From the NCBI GenBank assembly GCA_934718135.1, contig CAKUZW010000001.1:200714-264713 (forward strand): a stretch of DNA of 64,000 bases, given 5' to 3'. Position 1 is the stretch's first letter. Each line of letters begins with the position of its first letter. The notes beneath the pieces are model-generated. The model ran no database searches, was not told the origin of the DNA, and saw nothing but the letters and a program-made list of their open reading frames with translations. The stretch is from an uncultured Candidatus Melainabacteria bacterium. GTDB taxonomy: Bacteria > Cyanobacteriota > Vampirovibrionia > Gastranaerophilales > Gastranaerophilaceae. Positions 57,135 to 64,000 of the stretch are shown one piece after another. A program made the position numbers and the translations under genes.

Positions 57135-57846
57135 TAACCTTCCAAGGGTAGTTCTTATCAATTTTCCAACCAGAACGTCTTATGTAATCAGCACAATATT
57201 GACCTCTATTTAAACAATTATCCCTAACTCCATTCATAGATTTATCATATCCTTGAGGTTGAACTCCTCCTCCATCTGTTTGGGTTCGAGTCAAGAAAAA
57301 CAAATCTCTGCCGGCTCTATTGGGTTCGGCACCTCCGTTTATATCGACCAAAATCAAATTATATGGTGCTAGTGTGTAACCGTCTTGGGTAGTTTTATAA
57401 AATGCGGTATAAATAATATAAAAGAACCCGTCTGCAGTTAAAAATGATACTTTCGTGTTAGGGTCATATACAGAATTTGTTGTATTAGAATTATCTATAA
57501 AAGTAAAAGGATGATTGTTTTTGTACCCGCAAACTGTATACCCTGAACAATAAGTCAAAACTTTTAAATATGGTGCCCAATATGTTTTGAAATATTTTTC
57601 AGCTCCCATATCAAAAGATTCCTGAACACTTGGCTCTCCAACATCATCATAAGACAATTTATAAGCCTGATTAATTACAGAAATTGCACGTTGAAGTTTT
57701 GTTACCGTTTGGTTCTTTTGGTAATTTTCAATAAGTGTCGGAATTGTCATTGCTGCCACCACTCCAATTATGCCAAGGGTGATTAGAACTTCCGCCAAAG
57801 TGAAGGCAAGTTCCTTTTTTTTTATTCCCTTAAAAATTTTCTTCAT
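57127..57846 (-). CDS. prepilin-type N-terminal cleavage/methylation domain protein
   Basis: MKKIFKGIKKKELAFTLAEVLITLGIIGVVAAMTIPTL. Two Cys near the C-terminus. Confidence 0.8.
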   Translation of the reverse strand: MKKIFKGIKKKELAFTLAEVLITLGIIGVVAAMTIPTLIENYQKNQTVTKLQRAISVINQAYKLSYDDVGEPSVQESFDMGAEKYFKTYWAPYLKVLTYCSGYTVCGYKNNHPFTFIDNSNTTNSVYDPNTKVSFLTADGFFYIIYTAFYKTTQDGYTLAPYNLILVDINGGAEPNRAGRDLFFLTRTQTDGGGVQPQGYDKSMNGVRDNCLNRGQYCADYIRRSGWKIDKNYPWKVKK

Positions 57847-57872
57847 ATTTATATCCTTTCTTAATTTTAATG

Positions 57873-57923
57873 TTGGGCTAGAAAGCCCAACCTACTTTAT
57901 GTAACCCTTGTCCCATATTACAA
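57873..57923. repeat. repeat modules upstream of the prepilin gene
   Basis: 57873-57898 ttgggctagaaagcccaacctacttt matches 13082-13107 with two mismatches. 57901-57923 gtaacccttgtcccatattacaa matches the end of 11376-11422. Confidence 0.6.
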
Positions 57924-58007
57924 GTGGCAATCAGTTCCTCTTTTAAAAACAGACATCTGTTTTATGTATGCAATACAATAAAGATATTACATTATAAGAT
58001 TGCATGT

Positions 58008-58283
58008 ATGCAATACAAAAATGAAAAAACTTTACAATTAATAAAAAATTTAGGGAAAGTAATCAAAAATTTTCGGGTTGCAAAAACAGGGAAAAGCTTG
58101 AATACTTTTTCTTATGAATACGAACTTAGCCCCGGAAATGTCAGTCGAATTGAAAACGGGCAAATTGAACCTAAAATTGTAATGTTGTGGAGGATTGCGG
58201 AAGCTCTTGATGTGCCTTTGTCTAAAATTATTGAACAATTGGAAATTGAGATGACTAAAAATTTTTCAATTTCAGATAAATAA
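58008..58283 (+). CDS. XRE-family HTH protein
   Basis: LNTFSYEYELSPGNVSRIENGQ...MLWRIAEALDVPL. The ATG at 58008 is preferred over the TTG-type start at 57924. Confidence 0.65.
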   Translation: MQYKNEKTLQLIKNLGKVIKNFRVAKTGKSLNTFSYEYELSPGNVSRIENGQIEPKIVMLWRIAEALDVPLSKIIEQLEIEMTKNFSISDK

Positions 58284-58375
58284 TTATTTAATTTGAATTC
58301 AATCACCTATATGATGAAAAATTGTCATAAAATGCTAGATTGGATTTGTAGAACTATTTATGAAAGGTTTTAAAA

Positions 58376-58891
58376 ATGGCTGATACTCTTAAAACATTAA
58401 AATGTCCGGCTTGTGGCTGTGAAATGGAAAAAGTTTTTATTCCCAGTGCAGGAATTAATCTAGATATATGTACTGCCGGTTGTGGTGGAATTTATTTTGA
58501 CAACAGAGAATTTGAAAATTTTGATGAAAAAGATGAAGATATTTCTAAAATTATAGAAAAAATCTCAGGAAAGAATTTTGCTGATGTGGATGAATCCGCA
58601 ACAAGATTTTGCCCAAATTGCGGTGCTAAAATGCTTAAAAATCACTCAAGTGTTAGCCAAAAAATTGAAGTTGATGATTGCTATTCATGTGGTGGCAAGT
58701 TTTTAGATAGAGGCGAACTTCTAAAAATTCGTGATGAATATGATACAGTTGAAGAACGTGATGAAGATATTTTACGCTACGTATATAAAGAAGTTGGGCA
58801 AGAACTTGCTGAAACTGATAAAAGATATTCTAAGTCAATTAGCAACCGTTCTAAGTTGCAATCACTATTCTATAAAATAATTGGGCAATAG
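58376..58891 (+). CDS. protein with two TFIIB-type zinc-ribbon modules
   Basis: CPACGCEM...LDICTAGCGGIYFDNREF and CPNCGAKM...VDDCYSCGGKFLDRGEL. Confidence 0.65.
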   Translation: MADTLKTLKCPACGCEMEKVFIPSAGINLDICTAGCGGIYFDNREFENFDEKDEDISKIIEKISGKNFADVDESATRFCPNCGAKMLKNHSSVSQKIEVDDCYSCGGKFLDRGELLKIRDEYDTVEERDEDILRYVYKEVGQELAETDKRYSKSISNRSKLQSLFYKIIGQ

Positions 58892-59718
58892 ATGTATTTT
58901 TTGAGATTTGACAATTCTCTATAATAACCGGACTCTAAAAGTTCGTAAAATCTGGAACAAGTTTGAGGGGCTAAATTTTGAACCGTTTGTGGGGCAAGAT
59001 ATAGCCCTTCGATTAATCTTGCGAATAATTCTGTCGGTTTTTTGTAATATTTTTGAAGTTTGTTAATCCTTGAACTTACCCGTGCTTGCCTTTTTTGGAG
59101 AGATTTCAATCTGATATAGGCTGCAAATTCTTTTGGCATATCGCAAAAATCTTGTTCAAGTGTATCAATCGTAAAGGTTTCGACTTTTTTGAAGAAAACT
59201 CCGGTTACTAATTTTACCCTATCGTATTTGAGTAAATATTTTGCTTTGGATTTTTTAATGTATTTGTCAAATTCTTTGAACTTTTTAGAACGAAGGAATT
59301 TCGGGTATTTGTTTTTGATAATTTTTTCTTGTTCTATGATTTTAGACTTGATTATGTTTTTATGTGCTTTAAGTTTTTCGCACTTTGAATGAGCATCAAC
59401 AAAATTTGTTACTCGTAATAACTCTTTTTCATAAATTGGAGAAATTTCCTTTTCATCAAATAAAATTCCCAGTGTTCCACCCGTTCTTTCCATATAAGGC
59501 TCAATTTGAGCATGGATATAGTGTGCAAATTCATGTAAAAGAGTCGGAATTATTCTTTCTTGGGGAATATTTTTGGAAATATCAATACGTTTTTTCATAT
59601 AAAACCCTTGATGACCACGGGCTTTAGTTGTGGTATGAATTTCCAGTCCCAAGCTTTTAAAATATCTGATAAGTTCTTTTTCATTCCCTTGCATATTGAT
59701 ATTATATGGAAAAATCAA
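58870..59718 (-). CDS. hypothetical protein with HExxH motif
   Basis: PTLLHEFAHYIH. No other domain recognised. Its 3' end overlaps the convergent gene by 22 nt. Confidence 0.5.
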   Translation of the reverse strand: MIFPYNINMQGNEKELIRYFKSLGLEIHTTTKARGHQGFYMKKRIDISKNIPQERIIPTLLHEFAHYIHAQIEPYMERTGGTLGILFDEKEISPIYEKELLRVTNFVDAHSKCEKLKAHKNIIKSKIIEQEKIIKNKYPKFLRSKKFKEFDKYIKKSKAKYLLKYDRVKLVTGVFFKKVETFTIDTLEQDFCDMPKEFAAYIRLKSLQKRQARVSSRINKLQKYYKKPTELFARLIEGLYLAPQTVQNLAPQTCSRFYELLESGYYRELSNLKKYIYCPIIL

Positions 59719-59742
59719 AAGATTTAAAAGAAAATTAAAGAG

Positions 59743-60885
<1,143 letters not shown>

Positions 60886-60930
60886 TTAACATGAAAAATA
60901 TTAAAATTTGTCAATTTAATTTGCAATTAT

Positions 60931-63030
60931 TTAGTTGAACATTGTGAATGTTTTTTCTATGTTTTTAGAAATCAATTTTTGAACTGTTTCGTATTCTGTT
61001 GATAGAGTAGAAATTTCAGCATCAAGTTTTTTTGATTTCAAATCCATTGAATCTTCTTTATAAGTTAATTCAGATTTCATTCTTTGATATTCAGCTTCGG
61101 CTCTAGCTATGGCATCATCATCGGTTACTTCTTCGATGTAGCCTGTTTCATTGTATCTTGTTTGGTAATAGTAGCCGTCATTATTTAGAGAACTCATTGA
61201 ATATCTTCCGTCTTTTATTGCACTTTCAAGATATTCTTCATCATCAATTGTAGAATCTTCTCTCCAACCGTGTTCGCAGATGTTGTTGTAAATTTCGTCA
61301 AAGAAATCGGCAAGTTTTTCTTCTTGGGAAATTGTTGTACCTGATGATTTCCCGATGTAAACATAAGAACTGTCATCAGTTACAAATGCAGAAGTTTCAA
61401 CACTTTTACCGACAACATAGTTTGAATCTGAACCTCTCAAACTGTTGTCATAAAAAGTTAAGAATGATGACAACATGTTAGATAAGCTTATTGCGGTGTA
61501 TGTATTTTTGACAGAAGACAACATGTCAGATAAGCTGCCTGTATTTGTATTATTATCATTTTGACCGATTCTGTTATATGTGGTTGCATTGATATACGCA
61601 TTGTTATCTGTCATTGAAGTGTCAGACCTTTTTCCACCGTTTTTAATAGCATTACCCGGTTTTAGATATGTATTTACAACCATTTTGTAAGCATATTCAA
61701 GAGCTTTTGCTGAAGCATCATCAACATTCAAACCTGTTCCTGTTGATTGACCATACCCAAAAACTTTTGTAATTGAATCTAATATTCCTTTAGCCAAATT
61801 TGACATTGCAGATGCAGATTGTTCCGCATTAGAGTTTTGAATCATTATTGTAATATTGCCTGATAACAAATCTCCGATTGTCAAATCTTTGATTTCTGAA
61901 CCGTATCTGTCAATGTTTCCATTTTTTATAACTGTTATACCGTCAGAAACTTCATAGCTTGTAACATTGTTACTATTACTTCCGCTATATTTAGGAACGA
62001 TTGTAGAATCTTTAACTTCAGATTTGTCGGTTTGGAATTTGCTTGATATTGTATCAAATTTTATGATTTTGCTGGTATCTGAATATTTATTTTTGAACGC
62101 ATCTAAGTCATATTTTGCAGCTTTAATCGGATTGTTTTTGATTAAAGTTTCTTTTTCTCTTACTTTTTCATTATAAGAATTTTCATTGCCTGCTTCTTTA
62201 GCTGCTGCAATATCTTTATCAAGTTGTTCTATTTGGTTATTATAATCAGTTTGTGAGTCAATATCAACTTTTTCGGAATTTGAAATATCAGCTTTTTGAG
62301 CTTTTTTTAATGTATCATTCAGTTCTTTAATATTTTTATCATATTCAGTTTCTGAAATTTCACCCTTAGAAGAGTCCACAAACATAGAAGTCCAGTCAAT
62401 TTTTTGTTGACCGATTGATTCACTCAAAATCAATCCTGACAAATCCATTATGTCAGTGTTTCCTTTGTCTTTTGGCTTAGCACCCATGCCTGCAGAAGCA
62501 TTCCAATCAACAAATTGAGTGTTTGCAACAGGGCCGCTTTTATCAACGTTTGAAGCCGGAATTTCTTCAATTTCTCCGCTATCATTTACATAATAGTCAG
62601 TTTTGGTAATTTTTGCTGCGGTTTCTTGAGTTACAATTCCACCTTTTACTAAAGATGCAATAAATTTGTCACGGCTGTCTTGCGAACCAAAACCACCTGC
62701 TTTAGAAATTCCTGCTGCTTTAGCTGCTGCTGCGTATTCGGAATTTAATACAATAGCACCTGACGGTGTTGTGATTAAATACGGGTTGTAGTCATTTAAT
62801 GCTGATGGAGACATCAACATGCTGTATGTAACATTTGTAATTTTGTTTGTTGCATCATTTTGCCAAACTAATTTTGTTGAATTCAAGGCATTTGAGTAGT
62901 CTGCAGAAACTTGTGACAATTGGTTTGTAATTTCAAGTTTTTGCTGAGCAATTTCAGTTGACTTATATTCACAATCAGCTTTTCTTGCCGTTATTCCTAA
63001 AAATCTAGCTTGTGCTGTTGCCAATCCCAT
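60931..63030 (-). CDS. large hypothetical protein with helical termini and a Ser/Asn/Thr-rich centre
   Basis: 699 aa. N-terminal MGLATAQARFLGITARKADCEYKSTEIAQQKLEITNQL and C-terminal coiled-coil heptads. No signal peptide. Confidence 0.6.
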   Translation of the reverse strand: MGLATAQARFLGITARKADCEYKSTEIAQQKLEITNQLSQVSADYSNALNSTKLVWQNDATNKITNVTYSMLMSPSALNDYNPYLITTPSGAIVLNSEYAAAAKAAGISKAGGFGSQDSRDKFIASLVKGGIVTQETAAKITKTDYYVNDSGEIEEIPASNVDKSGPVANTQFVDWNASAGMGAKPKDKGNTDIMDLSGLILSESIGQQKIDWTSMFVDSSKGEISETEYDKNIKELNDTLKKAQKADISNSEKVDIDSQTDYNNQIEQLDKDIAAAKEAGNENSYNEKVREKETLIKNNPIKAAKYDLDAFKNKYSDTSKIIKFDTISSKFQTDKSEVKDSTIVPKYSGSNSNNVTSYEVSDGITVIKNGNIDRYGSEIKDLTIGDLLSGNITIMIQNSNAEQSASAMSNLAKGILDSITKVFGYGQSTGTGLNVDDASAKALEYAYKMVVNTYLKPGNAIKNGGKRSDTSMTDNNAYINATTYNRIGQNDNNTNTGSLSDMLSSVKNTYTAISLSNMLSSFLTFYDNSLRGSDSNYVVGKSVETSAFVTDDSSYVYIGKSSGTTISQEEKLADFFDEIYNNICEHGWREDSTIDDEEYLESAIKDGRYSMSSLNNDGYYYQTRYNETGYIEEVTDDDAIARAEAEYQRMKSELTYKEDSMDLKSKKLDAEISTLSTEYETVQKLISKNIEKTFTMFN

Positions 63031-63227
63031 TGTTTTCTCAAATCCTTTCGAACTTATATTATTCCTTTAATCTGTATATCGGCATTCTGTATTGAAAACT
63101 TTAAGGTATCGGTTTTTGTTTGTAATATATTGTTACATTTATTTGCTCAAAATCTTTTCCTTGACAAGTAGATAAATCTATGCAAAGATAATTATAGTTT
63201 AAGAATATTCTACGTTGGAGGGATATA

Positions 63228-63689
63228 ATGGAACCAAGATTTTATATAGATAGTTTTCCGTATGAAATTGAGCTTACTGCAAGACTTTGTCATGAAAATG
63301 CAAAAAAACTCTTGGAATCTTGTACAAATGAAGTTTCAATTGATGAATTTACGGTTTTAGATACTTTGATTGCTCGTCCGGGGTTATCGCAAGCGGATTT
63401 GGCAAGATTGATTTTGAAAGGGAAAGCTCATACAGGAAGATTTTTAATGGCTTTAGAAGATAAGGGATTGGTTGAACGTCATATTGAAGAACGTAACGGA
63501 AAACTTATCAAGGTTTCTGATGTAACAAAAAAAGGTAAGGCTTTATATGATGTGATAATTACAAAATTCAGACCTGCAATAGAAAAGTTTGACAGTGTTG
63601 TGTCGAAAGAAGAATGTCAAAAAATTATTGAACGATTACAACGTTTTCGTTCGGAGATTGAAAAAGTTAGCAAAATAGTATTTGAATAG
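63228..63689 (+). CDS. MarR-family transcriptional regulator
   Basis: Winged-helix block FTVLDTLIARPGLSQADLARLILKGKAHTGRFLMALEDKGLVER. Lies upstream of an MFS pump gene. Confidence 0.85.
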   Translation: MEPRFYIDSFPYEIELTARLCHENAKKLLESCTNEVSIDEFTVLDTLIARPGLSQADLARLILKGKAHTGRFLMALEDKGLVERHIEERNGKLIKVSDVTKKGKALYDVIITKFRPAIEKFDSVVSKEECQKIIERLQRFRSEIEKVSKIVFE

Positions 63690-63709
63690 ATTGGAAATAT
63701 AAGTAGAAA

Positions 63710-64000
63710 ATGAGTGATGAAGTTATAGAACAAACTACCCCAACACAAGTTGAATGGCGACCGAAGAAAAACCCGTGGTTAATATCAGTTCCTCTAATGG
63801 CATCTGTTTTTATGTATGCGTTAGATGAAACAATTTCAAACGTTGCACTTCCTTATATGGCAGGGTCTTTTTCTTGTAGCCATAATGAAGCGACTTGGGT
63901 TGTTACTTTTTATTTGATTGCCAGTGGGATTATCATTCCTGCTGTTGATTTTTTCTGTAAATTGTTAGGAAGAAATAATTTCTTTTTACTAAGTATTATT
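63710..64000 (+). CDS. MFS transporter, DHA2 family (N-terminal part; runs off the window)
   Basis: NPWLISVPLMASVFMYALDETISNVALPYMAGSF, a typical EmrB-type TM1/motif. Confidence 0.85.
   Translation, partial: MSDEVIEQTTPTQVEWRPKKNPWLISVPLMASVFMYALDETISNVALPYMAGSFSCSHNEATWVVTFYLIASGIIIPAVDFFCKLLGRNNFFLLSII

Overview
This is an AT-rich bacterial chromosomal window (roughly one-third G+C by eye) using the standard genetic code; TGA is used as a stop, e.g. at 31409. Gene content is diderm-type: a TolC-family protein, Lgt, an outer-membrane-like protein and several prepilin-like proteins. About 47 kb is ordinary core genome. It includes dnaB, a TolC plus MacAB/DevBCA-type exporter, glyA, lgt, rnhB, nagZ, ruvX, tilS, hpt, tgt, two sensor kinases, two DHA2 MFS pumps, pnuC and a CDF transporter. 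Prepilin-type genes and stacks of short palindromic intergenic repeats are scattered through it. A tentative guess from the Ycf46/Ycf35-like families, Clp N-domain-only proteins, abundant prepilin-like proteins and repeat style is a non-photosynthetic cyanobacteria-related gut lineage (Melainabacteria-like); this cannot be verified here. The main accessory feature is a ~16.6-kb integrative island (13237-29810) inserted in tRNA-Pro(CGG). It is bounded by a perfect 45-bp direct repeat and carries an integrase, Xis-like and XRE module, two further recombinases, and defence-type cargo (AbiH, a small NPPY methyltransferase, Fic, an AbiTii-like protein and a membrane-anchored Mrr-like nuclease). The most interesting signal is a tightly packed minus-strand operon inside the island (24308-19910, possibly extending to 18884). 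It encodes a DUF2997-like mini-protein, an orphan NrdG-like radical-SAM activase, a Ycf46-type AAA+ ATPase, a membrane-tethered TPR/ComEA-like HhH protein and a DUF1257(Ycf35)-like protein, followed by the TM-Mrr nuclease. Three of these proteins end in the same C-terminal tail, G-R-x-[IL]-D-[FWI]. I know of no described system with this composition. All family assignments rest on motifs read by eye and need HMM or structure confirmation.
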